A DNA stretch of 64,000 nt from Hormiphora californensis (GCA_020137815.1 CM035355.1:5704001-5768000); one strand, 5' to 3'. Counted from the first letter of the stretch, positions 53,401 through 62,202 are shown. The notes: generated from the sequence alone by a model not told the origin. Translations and numbers: made by a program.

Positions 53401-56400
53401 TCCTTGTCTGTCAGCTCTCACACCGGGCCGAAGGCCCGGTGCGAGCTTACGCGAGCCCGAAGGCGCTTAAGTGCCGATAGACAGACTGCGTAGCATGGCA
53501 ACCTAAGATATTCCCATTTGCACTGTTGGGAAAGAAAATCATTCCACCCACCTTAAGAAATCGCATTTTCCATCGCATATTGAGCTTTTTGATGCCAGTT
53601 CCATTCCCGGCATCTCCAGTTTTCCGGGAGCGCCGATGGCGGAGGAGGAACACGTTATATTGTCAATGCAAACCGCGTTCAGCACCATACATAGGTCCTC
53701 TCTTGTCATAGGGTAATACTTCGGATCCTGCGGGTTGGTTGGTTGGTTGGTGAGAGCGGTTGGTGCTGTTGTTACCCTAGTGTTGAGGGCTAACGGTTGA
53801 CCATGTAAAGCTTCCCATTTATGGGATTTGCCACCGCTGGCGGGTTTATATTTGATTACCACTGGGATGTCGAGTTGCCGTGAGGCGTCTCAGTGGGTTT
53901 GAGGTGATTTTGGTGAGGACCGGGGCCACCCCATGAAAGGTGAAGAAAAGGAAGAGTGGCCCAGTTTGTAACGTTAGAGAGAGAGATGACAGAGGAGGAG
54001 ATATAGAGAACACGAGTATGAGATAACTTCTTGGAGAGAGTAAGAGTAGGTTTTTAATTATTATTGAGCTTGGAGCGACCCTTTGAAGGGTGGTCTGGAG
54101 CACTATATGTGTCAGGGCGTAGCCGTTTTAGGGCTGGCTGGTTGGGCCGAGGCCAGGGAAATAGGGAGAAAGGTGAGTTGTAAAGGGGGAATCGATCCTG
54201 CGGGGTGATGATTTGATAACCCCAAGTCACTAATAAACCAATTCCTACTTACGGAAAACATCCCACATGGCCTAATACCACACACGGCTGCGCCGGGCTC
54301 ACTGAGTGTATCTATACTCGCTGGATGAGGATTGAATCCACAATACTCAAAATAATCCCAGTTGTTCGGGCATTCTTTATCGAAACTGCAATAAAATGGT
54401 GGAAATTATTTTTTCCCCGCCCGGGTGAAGGCCGAAGGCCTTCACCCGGATGCCTTTTGCAAAAAGGCATACGGGGTTTAGAAATCTAAACGGATATAGT
54501 GACTATGAGTAGCAAGTCAGCTCTCTTGTCCCGTTTCTGGTTGCGAGGGGCAGCATGTAGCAACTAGAGCCGCGCACACAACAACAACCTGCTCCTTCAT
54601 AAACCACTTCTTTGACACGTTTTCAGGAAATGTGTGGCGCGCAATTCCGCAATGTGGCACGCAATTTAGTGCTACTAAAACACAAGGATTTGTTCTATAC
54701 TGTTTGCGTGATTTAAAAATGATCCGAAATGTCTGTCCCGCCTTCGTGTTAGAAATGAAACGTTGGCGGGGAAACATAGCATTATGAAACATAATGCATT
54801 TATTCTTGTTTCGAGTAATATCATGTCATTCAGGCACGCAGTTAGCGGTTATATTTCACGTGTCCGGGACATAACTAGAAACAATTAGTAAATTTACCTC
54901 CAATTGTTCGTGTTTATATCGAGTCGGGCAGTGAAATGTGTCTTGGAGCCCAAGCACTGAAAATCTTTAACAATTTCCTGTCCCTCTTGCTTTGAATCAC
55001 AAAGCCGGGCAAGAAATCCGCCAAATTCCCCAATTGGACAGTCCTCCCAATGCTTTATAAGCATTCCCTCTGAAACAGTGTGGCCAATTAGTGTGACCAA
55101 AGGGTTACCAAAGTGTTACCATATTTGGAACACTTTGGGTAGATTTTGTAGAGCCCCCGCAAGCAGGGTCCAGGGGCTGCAAGCCCCGGTGGGGGTCAAG
55201 GGGGCGAAAATTTGGGGTTTTTGAGGGCAATTTTGTCAATTTGAGACAGTTTTAGACTCTAAAACGCAATTATCAAACTGTTCCATCAAGCTGATCGAGT
55301 ATTTTCTGTGTTTAATGTGTGAAGAATTGATAATTAAGAAAGCAGGAAACCTTTAAGGACCTTAAAGGTTGACAAGATACCTAAAATTTTTCAGGAGTAT
55401 TTTTCAGGAGCATTTTTTAAATTTTTTATATCTCTAAAGTTTATAACATACCTTGTGGTAGAACGTACACCGAGCACTCAGCAACCCGGACATGCTTATA
55501 TTTATTATCATAATCATTTTCATATACAGGATACAGGTGATTTACATTCTCTTCTTCTGTCCACGGACCGCTCTCCACACGTATTTTGCTGCCCAAGACA
55601 TCACACGGCAAGCTGTATATCCCTGTACTTTTATTGACTTGTTGGAGGGTTCCGACGTGGTGTTTCTGCTCGGCGCTGTCTACCACATACACTCTTGCAC
55701 CCTCCATCAGTACACCATAGGTTCTGATGTCGTTAAAAGTATCCCCATAGCCATCATCGCCGAAAATAACCAGAACCACCATTGTAACTTGGATGTCAAT
55801 GTAAGAGAACGTCATTCAGGAGCCATGATTCAGGGTCAGTCGTGTGAGCTTCTGCAGTAGTCGACCAGAGTTTGTCGATACTATGATAAGCAGGAGTGGC
55901 GTCGGTGTGTGTACTACTAAGGGTCGCAGAGAACGGCGTGACCACTTGTATAGGTTCTGAAAATTGTTAAGTTTGAAAAATAACATCAGAAAATACCAAA
56001 AATATACCCTGCAACTATGCCAAAAACTGACAACTTCAAAAAATCCGACTTTAGATCGCCCGAAAGATTGATCTGCGAAAGATTGATATACCACCCTCCC
56101 TTCTTCGCAGGTCGGGTTGTATATGGTGTAGCGAATCACCCTAGCGGGTGACCCGCTACATATAAACCCGGGTTCATTGATTATACAACATACCTTGTGG
56201 TTGAACATGCACATAGCACTCTGCAACCCGGACATGCTTATATTTATCATCATCTCCATAATCTCCAGGTTCATATAGGTGATTTACATTTTCTTCTTCT
56301 GTCCACGGACCGCTCTCCACACGTATCTTGTTGCCCAAGACATCACATGGCCATATGTATAACATCCTTTCATTTTCATTGACTCGGACCGTTCCGACGT

Positions 56401-59400
56401 GGTGTTTATTCTCGGCGCTATCTACCACATAAACTCTTGCACCCTCCATCAGTTCACCATAGGTACTTTTGTCGCTCGTAATAATCCCATCGGGATTCTC
56501 AACGGCGAAAAGAAGGATAGTCACCATGGTAACTTGGATGTCAATGTAAGAGAATGTTATCAGGAGCCATGAGTCAGGGTCAGTTGGGTGAGCTTCTGCA
56601 GTAGTCCCCCATGATTGGTCGATACTTTTATAAGCAGTACGGTTGCTAAGCGTACTACTAAGGGTCGCAGATAACGGCGTGATCAGTAGTACAGGTCCTG
56701 AAAATTGTAAAGTTTGAAACAACAAAGTCTTGACGATTTTTTTCAAATGCTATTTTGGAAAACCGATTTGTCAATTGTTCATCCTACTTTATTTTTTATT
56801 CTATGAGCACGGCCACAGTGTCAGGCGACTCAATGATAAAAATAATGATAGTTATAGTAGATGTTTTCATTATATTAGCTTACCTGTATCATTCGAATAA
56901 GTATCATTCGAATTAGTATCATTCGAATTAGTATCATTCGAATTAGTATCATTCGAATTAGTAGAATGAATAGAATCTGTATGTCGTGAAACAAACAAGA
57001 GAACCAGAATCATTGAACTCATATTTTTCTTCTTGGGTTTGAGCAACTCATGTTGATGGACTGCATTTTACATTTTACAGTTTACTAAACAAAAAGTGTA
57101 GATATGTTAAATAATGCTGCATGCCCGAAAGGGGGTCTTTGAGAGGTCTTTGAAGTTTTTGAAGCCTGAATTAAAGTTGAATGGTTTGAAGTAAAATGGA
57201 GATTGATGGAATCTTAATTAACCTTTCGCTAACTTGAGTAAGAGCTACCGCGTCAGAACTTTGCCTCGCTAATTCTTGATTCGCCCCGCGAATTTCCGGT
57301 GAATCCAGGTATTTGCCGCGTTTTTACAAGAAAGCAAACTTGCGGGGCGAATCAAGAATTAGCATTTAGCAAGGCAAATCCGCCTTAATTCCTTACGACG
57401 AGCTAAGTTGGAAAAAACTTGGCTGCATAGCGGCCCAACCCCGCTCACAAGGGGGGGGGGGCGACGTACCCAAGGAAAAAACATGTCATAGTAGGAAAGG
57501 CTAGTGTAACTACCTCCTACACAATAAGCGGTAAGAATTACAATCCGGAGATCGAGAGGAGGCGTATGCCACAAAATACAAATATTTCCTGTTCAGAAAA
57601 TGGGGAAAATAGACTGAATCTCAGGTTCACTGTTCACGGTCTGAGAGAGACCTGAGGTCTCGTGGCTACATTCTTGGCTGTTCCCTAAAAATTTCTCTGA
57701 AATCTCAGGCAATAGCCGTGACAGCTGAACCTGAGATTCAGGCACGACTGTTTCCCCCAATAACGGACGAGAACAAAAATGCTCCTTGAAAATCAGAGTC
57801 TGAATATTTGGATATTTCATCGGTCAGCATATATACTGGTATAATTATATATAAGTATATATGCAGTCGGACACCGATATACCGGGCAACGATTTTATTC
57901 TCCCGAGGATCCCGGTAAATCGGGGCCCGACTGTATGTCCGAAAGAGCTTTCTTTTCCGGAGAGAAAGACTCCTAAGTACCTCAAATTATGTCTCTATTG
58001 TGATATGTAGATCAGCTACCGCGGCTTTAAAATGAGAAGCTGGTTACCCACTATCCTCCCCATATTATCCCCCTCCAATAGATCAATGGAGCGATCACTG
58101 TTATACCGAATCAATAAGTTGACCAATCGGCTGTTTTTGAGTCGCATATTAATAGTTCTGATACAATGAAATAGTGTTTATTTAGGACTGCAGACGACTC
58201 GGAGATTTTATTTCAGGAAAACTTAATCGGGACGGGTTCGACGTCATCATCAGCTCTACTAATTTCAAACTTTTCAACACTACTTTGAACAAATTAATTT
58301 GAGCTGATGATGACGTAAACTTTGAAACCGTCCCGATTATGTTTTCCTGAAAGTGAAATAAAATCTCCAAGTCGTCTGCAGTCCTAAATTATTAATATTT
58401 CATTGTATCACTGTTATACCCGTACTTGCTTGAGTGGATCCCTTAATTACTGGTTAGTATTTTCTGTATCCGCTAATCCTGTGAGAGTGAAGAAATTTGA
58501 GGTTTTGACTCGAGTCTTGATCCTCTTCGCTACAGGGAAATGGGATGTTGTGAGGCCAGGGGAAAAGAAATTGTTAATTGAAGGTTGCTACTCAAGCCCT
58601 TTCTGGAGTCGCCTACAGACCCCGCTTTGATTCTCAAGCATGCGAAAGTCGGCCAGACAGCTCGAGCCGGACCAATTTTTGATTGCTCGAGTAATATTTC
58701 TCGAATTCTTCGCTAGAAGGGTAGCCTGACAATGAAAGATGCCTTTGAAAGCATATCCTTTGTGTCATAAATCATATGTAAATATACTGATTCTTGCACA
58801 AAGGAGCCGACGTAAGATTTGCCGCTATTATTATTTTGGAGCTCCCTAAGTTCCGAACAATAGATTTTTGGAAAATACGGCAGAAATGGGAGCAAAAGGA
58901 TAATTAGGAAGGGATTCTACGAAAATGACGCAACCTGTTAGCATGTGTTGTAATAGGGAGGAGGGGAGCCGGGAGCGGGGGGGGGAGCCGGGAGCGGCGG
59001 TCAACCGGCAGCTAGTTAAGTTATAATCGGGGTCCGGTAAATCGGGGTGGGACTGTCTCTTACCTTTTCTTGTCCTCGTGTAGTTTAGTAAGGAGATAAT
59101 CTCGTCTGTTGACAACATCGAACTTTCTCAAAATCAGCTCCTCCTCCTCCACCTTCTCATCAAGGGATTTTATCGTTTCTATGGAGACAATTTGTTTTTT
59201 TAATTGGGATAATTAACTACAAGGGCCCAATTAATATGGCAATGTTTGGTGCAATTACTATCTTTGAACTAGAGTTGTGTCATAAACGGATACTCCCTCC
59301 CCTTTTCAGTTTGTCTAGGTCATGTGTTAAACCCCCTCTCCCCTTCAGTTTGGCAAAGTGTACAGTGCTGGGCGGTAGTTTGGCGTCTATTGATAGTGTC

Positions 59401-62103
59401 TACGAGAACACGGTGACGTACGGTACCCTTTCTATTGAGGCCATCAGGACTGCTTGGATAGGTAAGAGTTGTGTGGCTCACACTGTAAGGGTTCAATAGA
59501 TCAATAGCAAGGTAATAGCTGGATCTTATTACAGCTACCAATCCTACTTTCAAGGCCACACCGCTTTATTCGGACACCAGTTTAACTGCACTGATCTCCT
59601 AACCACCTCTCTCCCTATATTAACCACCTGATCCCCTAACTACCTCTCTCCCTATAGGAACGAAGGTAGATGGTGGGGATACATCTGATACCTGGATCTC
59701 CGGGAACAAGAAAAGTAGCTACGCAATCTCCCACTACACCGACCCTTATAAGGGCAGTGCCAATATTGGGCTAAAGAACGACGGAGATTGGCTGGCTGTG
59801 TATGGACTCTTCTCTGACAACCTTCCCCTGCTTTGCAAAACGAAGGTACGATCCAATCAGAGCTGCCAGGATTTGAAGTTATAGCCCTGCGAGCCAATCA
59901 GAGCTGCCAGGATTTCAAAATTCAGCCCTGTGATTGGACATTGTTTTTAGTAACTCCCCCCTCCATTGGTAATGAAATAAAAGGGTATGCAATAAAACGG
60001 GTGACTTCGTAACTCCCCCCTCCCCAACCTATAATAGGGAGCCATGATAGTCCGACTGAACACAACACTGATAAGTGAAGAGGACTGGAAGTGTGATAGC
60101 CACTACATTCTTGCGGAGGAACGGATAACGGAACGGGCCCGAAGTGTCCTGGCATCACACGCTGCTCACAAGGGCTGGCCAAGAGAAGAGTCTTGGGCGT
60201 GGTCAAAAAGTAGTTCGGAGTGCAAGGTAAGTAGAATAGACTACCTGAAGATTTTGGAAACTAATCCCGATAATCCGATATTATCGACGGCCTAGTCAAG
60301 TTGCCTACCATGAACCACCAGTACCTATAACACACCATTCCCATCTCTCCCTCCCCAGTACCTGGCAGAGGATCCCTTCCTAAACACCACACCCCCCCCC
60401 CCCCCGACCACTAAACTATCTAACACCCCATCTCCCTCCCCAGTACCTGACACCCCCTCTCCCTCCCCAGTACCTGACACCCCCTCTCCCTCCCCAGTAC
60501 CTGACACCCCATCTCCCTCCCCAGTACCTGACACCCCCTCTCCCTCCCCAGTACCTGACACCCCATCTCCCTCCCCAGTACCTGACACCCCATCTCCCTC
60601 CCCAGTACCTGACACCCCCTCTCCCTCCCCAGTACCTGACACCCCATCTCCCTCCCCAGTACCTGACACCCCATCTCCCTCCCCAGTACCTGACACCCCA
60701 TCTCCCTCCCCAGTACCTGACACCCCCTCTCCCTCCCCAGTACCTGGCAGAAGACCCCTCCCTGAACACCCCACCCCAATCTCTCCCCAGTACTAAAAAC
60801 CCCATATCTCCCTCCAGTACCTGGCAGAAGACCCCTCCCTGAACACGCCAGGAGGAGCATGTCACCCCCCCCCCCCCCCCCGACCACTAGACTATCTAAC
60901 ACCCCCTCTCCCTCCCCAGTACCTGGCAGAAGACCCCTCCCTGAACACCCCATCCCCCCAGTACCTGACACCCCCATCCCTCCCCAGTACCTGACACCCC
61001 AGTATCTAACACCCCCTATCCCTCCCTCCCCAGTACCTAACACCCCAGTATCTAACACCCCCTATCCCTCCAGTACCTGGCAGAAGACCCCTCCCTGAAC
61101 ACGCCAGGAGGAGCATGTCACACCCCCCCCCCCCCCCCCCGACCACTAGACTATCTAACACCCCCTCTCCCTCCCCAGCACCTGGCAGAAGACCCCTCCC
61201 TGAACACCCCATCCCCCCAGTACCTGACACCCCCATCCCTCCCCAGTACCTGACACCCCAATCTCTCCCCAGTACTAAAAACCCCATATCCCCAGTACCT
61301 GGCAGAAGACCCCTCCCTGAACCCCACCCAATCCCCCAACCAGTACTAACACCCCATATCTCCAGTACCTGGCAGAAGACCCCTCCCTGAACCCCACCCA
61401 ATCCCCCAACCAGTACTAACACCCCATATCTCCAGTATCTGGCAGAAGACCCCTCCCTGAACACCCCAGGAGGAGCCTGTCAGGTGGTGTGGAATGCTGC
61501 CTCACTGTGTGGACAACAGTTAGAGTTAGAACACGTTACCGAGGCTGTCTTCAGTGGACTGTCTAACAGCTTTTTTGTTTGGGACGAACCTGACACATTT
61601 ACTAGTAAGTTGAATTGTTTGGGACGAACCTGACACATTTACTAGTAAGTTGAGTCGACACTGTGTCTAGTAAGAATAAGTGTGCCTATTGCCCAATGCC
61701 CATCCCCAGAAAGCACCTCCAATCTTTCTTTCTTGCAGATGCTACAATAGCTACCCCCCCCCCTCTCTTCCCTGCAGATTCAGATATTGCTAACCCCCCT
61801 CTCTCTTCCCTGCAGATGCTACAATAGGTAACCCCCTCCCCTCTCTTCCCTGCAGATTCAGATATATTGCTAACCCCCCTCTCTTTAGATTCGGAGGAGT
61901 TGTCTAGGAGTTGCTAACCCCCCCCCCTCTCTCTCTCTCCCCTGCAGATTCGGAGGAGTTGTCGGTGTGTTTCAGCATGAAATCAGCAGCTTCCACTGGT
62001 ACCATCCTACAATACAGTACTACTGTGTTGGGCATCACGGACACCTTCTACCAGAATGAGATACTGGTGTTTGTATCTAGGAAGGAAAATCATGAACCAC
62101 TTG
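16428..62103 (+). CDS. Giant multi-exon secreted/surface mosaic protein (SP-GCC2/3-Sushi-~15xIg-Sushi-RKRR-GCC-Sushi-LDLa-pentraxin-LDLa-CTLD-pentraxin...), 3' end outside window
   Basis: Manually chained GT-AG exons with matching phases: 16428-16458, 16619-16684, 16800-16955, 17090-17166, 17290-17419, 18690-18836, 19024-19173, 19291-19516, 20463-20539, 20685-20792, 20945-21113 (apparent +1 indel), 24526-24632, 24890-24974, 27853-27951, 28067-28211, 28514-28638, 28831-28995, 29262-29420, 29830-29964, 30120-30234, 30585-30676, 30939-31047, 31181-31254, 31510-31632, 31788-31858, 32051-32141, 32292-32458, 33309-33407, 33524-33674, 35620-35720, 36090-36285, 36420-36591, 36938-37047, 37435-37570, 37953-38072, 38313-38442, 38816-38941, 39070-39210, 39515-39721, 39819-39938, 40023-40329, 40446-40556, 40807-41223, 41364-41532, 41665-41794, 42548-42689, 43077-43223, 43434-43599, 43851-43973, 44117-44315, 44639-44821, 47482-47654, 59349-59461, 59658-59845, 60038-60226, 61436-61604, 61948-62103. 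N-terminus MGFLFRLALTFGLVCVAWG-ACPAG. Confidence 0.75.
17856..18435. mobile_element. MITE with long (~200 bp) imperfect TIRs
   Basis: AGGCCTAAAAACCCAAATTTTATTT ... AAATAAAATTTGGGTTTTTAGGCC; intronic. Confidence 0.75.
18690..39938 (+). CDS. Host gene exons 6-40: about 15 tandem Ig-like domains
   Basis: Recurring B-strand Cys, C-strand Trp and DxGxYxC motifs: DAGVWECV, SGFYSCSV, DSEGTYACYV, SGDYNCSA, EGQDGTISCRVYG..ILWYKNG..SEGNYSCG, DVGTYECSV. Confidence 0.75.
20010..20220. repeat. ~55-bp tandem repeat
   Basis: Unit ...GGAGAGATTGTTATCTTAACTAGGAGAGAGGGGGAGAGTGGGCGAGG..., about 4 copies. Confidence 0.8.
21150..24335. repeat. 34-bp satellite array (~90 copies) in intron 11
   Basis: Unit TTGACCCTCCTTATCTCTAAGAAACTTTCCCACT, directly abutting, no spacers. 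Confidence 0.97.
26473..27471 (+). CDS. Intronless rhodopsin-class (class A) 7TM GPCR nested in intron 13
   Basis: 332 aa, seven hydrophobic segments. TM2 LAICVTD, ECL1/TM3 FCDAW, SVTRT in place of DRY, ECL2 Cys, TM6 FNTP, TM7 PLNATANAILW. Confidence 0.88.
   Translation: MESFLPRGAETSPNYGGGPPFNITDIQGTPVEITITVLSLLAVSVGIPSCALQIAYILVGAKEKFGLGTKIYLAICVTDVVILVFYLPITSSFLAGREPLMFQNVYFCDAWGMAWFTLVRVSIFLIALLSVTRTLSLLSPFSKPPSSRRIVAIIIFYTVCLMFQSTAPIWYFSNDYSYFWQAVHCQPILRQSSFFNLFTYVLEIIAPLFVVSVSCAVSMFALRKGGQGKSPVAGGGQKNGRATVTILLLTGIYIFFNTPLVLFNVLGLLVMNFECADWFRVFFHTQAYIYVYLMVNVVSIPLNATANAILWVGRSAAMRNWVRGLITGWIKL
28239..28347 (+). mobile_element. 109-bp hAT-like MITE, copy 2
   Basis: Same family as 12664-12772. 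Confidence 0.85.
29631..29860 (+). repeat. 56-bp tandem repeat x4 spanning a 3' splice site
   Basis: Acceptor AGs end at 29661, 29717, 29773 and 29829; only the last opens into the Ig exon. Confidence 0.9.
30261..30437. mobile_element. TA-flanked MITE with TTAGGG-like interior
   Basis: CAGTGGTAAGCGGACTCTAGTGCTA ... TAGCACTAGAGTCCGCCCACCG; related interior at ~11800-11920. Confidence 0.65.
33695..33803 (+). mobile_element. 109-bp hAT-like MITE, copy 3
   Basis: TSD ATTAACAT/CTTAACAT. Confidence 0.85.
34241..34349 (-). mobile_element. 109-bp hAT-like MITE, copy 4
   Basis: Reverse orientation of the same family. Confidence 0.85.
34419..34702. mobile_element. Near-perfect 284-bp palindrome (TA-flanked MITE or foldback)
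   Basis: TACTTTGACCGTGGAGTACTGTTAAGG... / ...CCTTAACAGTACTCCACGATCAAAGTA. Confidence 0.8.
34860..35156 (+). CDS. Small secreted beta/gamma-crystallin-domain protein (98 aa), intronless, nested in intron 29
   Basis: Signal peptide MKLLIVLCATLLVTAHC. Greek-key pattern LFE..GGRSIDLTEDTPKLSTIGFDDK....GRWECFIHEKYMG....EPG.....NMISSCR. Confidence 0.72.
   Translation: MKLLIVLCATLLVTAHCACSSHLGLFENIGGRSIDLTEDTPKLSTIGFDDKAFFIWAFCGRWECFIHEKYMGHSIVAEPGKMVSVGVYSNMISSCRRS
36610..36718 (+). mobile_element. 109-bp hAT-like MITE, copy 5
   Basis: Perfect 8-bp TSD CACCACAC. Confidence 0.9.
37220..37434 (+). repeat. C-rich minisatellite (CCCACGCCCCTAACAAACTATACCCCG) ending at an acceptor
   Basis: About 5 copies, each with a CTAAC branch-point-like motif. 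Confidence 0.8.
40023..42689 (+). CDS. Host gene exons 41-46: Sushi domains, RKRR furin site, GCC2/3 repeat
   Basis: CQKPDVLNG..LSCEGGYTISGESAVTC; LNRKRRQTR; CVQCSAGYY..ACPEGTSTVGPGASSISEC; VTLSCNGDYQL. Confidence 0.75.
41915..42572 (+). repeat. ~70-75-bp tandem repeat x9 spanning a 3' splice site
   Basis: Unit GTGGTTCGTCAGGGGTTTATAACATTGTTTAACACCTCTCTCCCTCTCTTWACAG|YCGGGT; the last copy opens exon 42548-42689. Confidence 0.9.
43077..47654 (+). CDS. Host gene exons 47-52: LDLa, pentraxin/LamG domain, LDLa
   Basis: WQCQGDCACIALTQRCDGVSDC..SDEYDC; pentraxin signature HRVCLSWASS across an exon junction; YQCKKTCDCVNSWQVCD..C.DNSDEEYC. Confidence 0.78.
45047..47423. mobile_element. 2.4-kb near-perfect palindromic (foldback) non-autonomous DNA element
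   Basis: ~1.2-kb arms, ~17-bp spacer near 46255-46271, TA on both sides, ~55-bp deletion in the right arm. Mirror-image ORFs only. Confidence 0.88.
47980..49091. mobile_element. Non-autonomous Tc1/mariner-like element
   Basis: TA TSD. TIR CCGCCTGGGCCAAAAAAAACGTGGGGTACGCCGAGCCTCATATCT (Tc1-like end) extending >100 bp; internal inverted similarity. Confidence 0.85.
49111..57022 (-). CDS. Antisense nested GPCR: signal peptide, NDT repeats, 2 putative galactose-binding/discoidin-like domains, Cys-rich region, LDLa repeats, class-A 7TM (GRL101/RXFP-like TM core, no LRR), repetitive tail
   Basis: Ten phase-consistent exons: 57022-56884, 56697-56194, 55956-55452 (1-nt insertion), 55069-54898, 54385-54253, 53727-53552, 53292-53180, 52992-52866, 52623-52269, 52086-49111. 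LDLa motifs CDGKCDFLRCDDE, CDGREDC.YGEDE, CDLVSNCRNGTDE, CDGQFDCGDLSDE. TM motifs SLGDLVTGIYL, FYGNAGVC, TDFLSWVPF, LPVNSVLNPLIY. Confidence 0.8.
49320..49580 (-). repeat. Coding 18-bp repeat (PEIIPD/PEIISD) x~14 in the GPCR tail
   Basis: Tandem ATAATTTCAGGATCGGRT units. Confidence 0.92.
49655..49880 (-). repeat. Coding 45-bp repeat (VTKRSENAAGSSGSP) in the GPCR tail
   Basis: Four or more Ser/Thr-rich units. Confidence 0.88.
52733..52841 (-). mobile_element. 109-bp hAT-like MITE, copy 6
   Basis: Same family, in an intron of the GPCR gene. Confidence 0.8.
54409..54811 (+). mobile_element. Helentron-associated non-autonomous element (HINE/DINE-1-like)
   Basis: T-run start, subTIR TTTCCCCGCC / GGCGGGGAAA, two 5' hairpins, 3' stem-loop GCATTATG-AAA-CATAATGC, T-rich end, no TSD. 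Confidence 0.72.
57864..57934. mobile_element. Tiny MITE (CAGTCGGAC.CCGAT.TACCGG...CCGGTAAATCGGGG.CCGACTG)
   Basis: Short TIRs; related degenerate copies near 270-340, 19585-19645 and 53040-53095. Confidence 0.6.
58185..58384. mobile_element. 200-bp TA-flanked MITE whose loop is a spliced-leader sequence
   Basis: GGACTGCAGACGACT..GAGATTTTATTTC / GAAATAAAATCTC..AGTCGTCTGCAGTCC; loop 58261-58303 reads AATTTCAAACTTTTCAACACTACTTTGAACAAATTAATTTGAG. Confidence 0.78.
59349..62103 (+). CDS. Host gene exons 53-57: C-type lectin domain and start of a second pentraxin domain
   Basis: AKCTVLGGSLASIDSVYEN..AWIG..DGDW..PLLCK; EELSVCFSMKS..GTILQYS. Phase 2 matches the donor at 47654. Confidence 0.72.
60318..61470 (+). 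repeat. Complex C-rich array built from copies of the downstream 3' splice site
   Basis: 27-bp unit CCAGTACCTGACACCCCMTCTCCCTCC plus several CCAG|TACCTGGCAGAAGACCCCTCCCTGAAC copies of the start of exon 61436. Confidence 0.88.
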
Positions 62104-62202
62104 GTATGTTGATTTTTTAAGTTGTTCGACAGTTTGTATGTTTCGGATGCAATGAATGTGACTAAAAAACAGATTGGTTAACTTATAAGTTATGGTTAAC
62201 TA

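Noticed and set aside
58261-58330. SL RNA gene
   Set aside because: No GT donor after the SL exon and no evident Sm-site-containing intron.
58304-58335. CTGATGA...GAAA in the MITE arm as a hammerhead
   Set aside because: Stems II, III and I cannot be formed convincingly.
60325-61464. Gly-rich or Pro-rich repeat ORFs
   Set aside because: Open frames arise from the intronic minisatellite; several frames are open at once.
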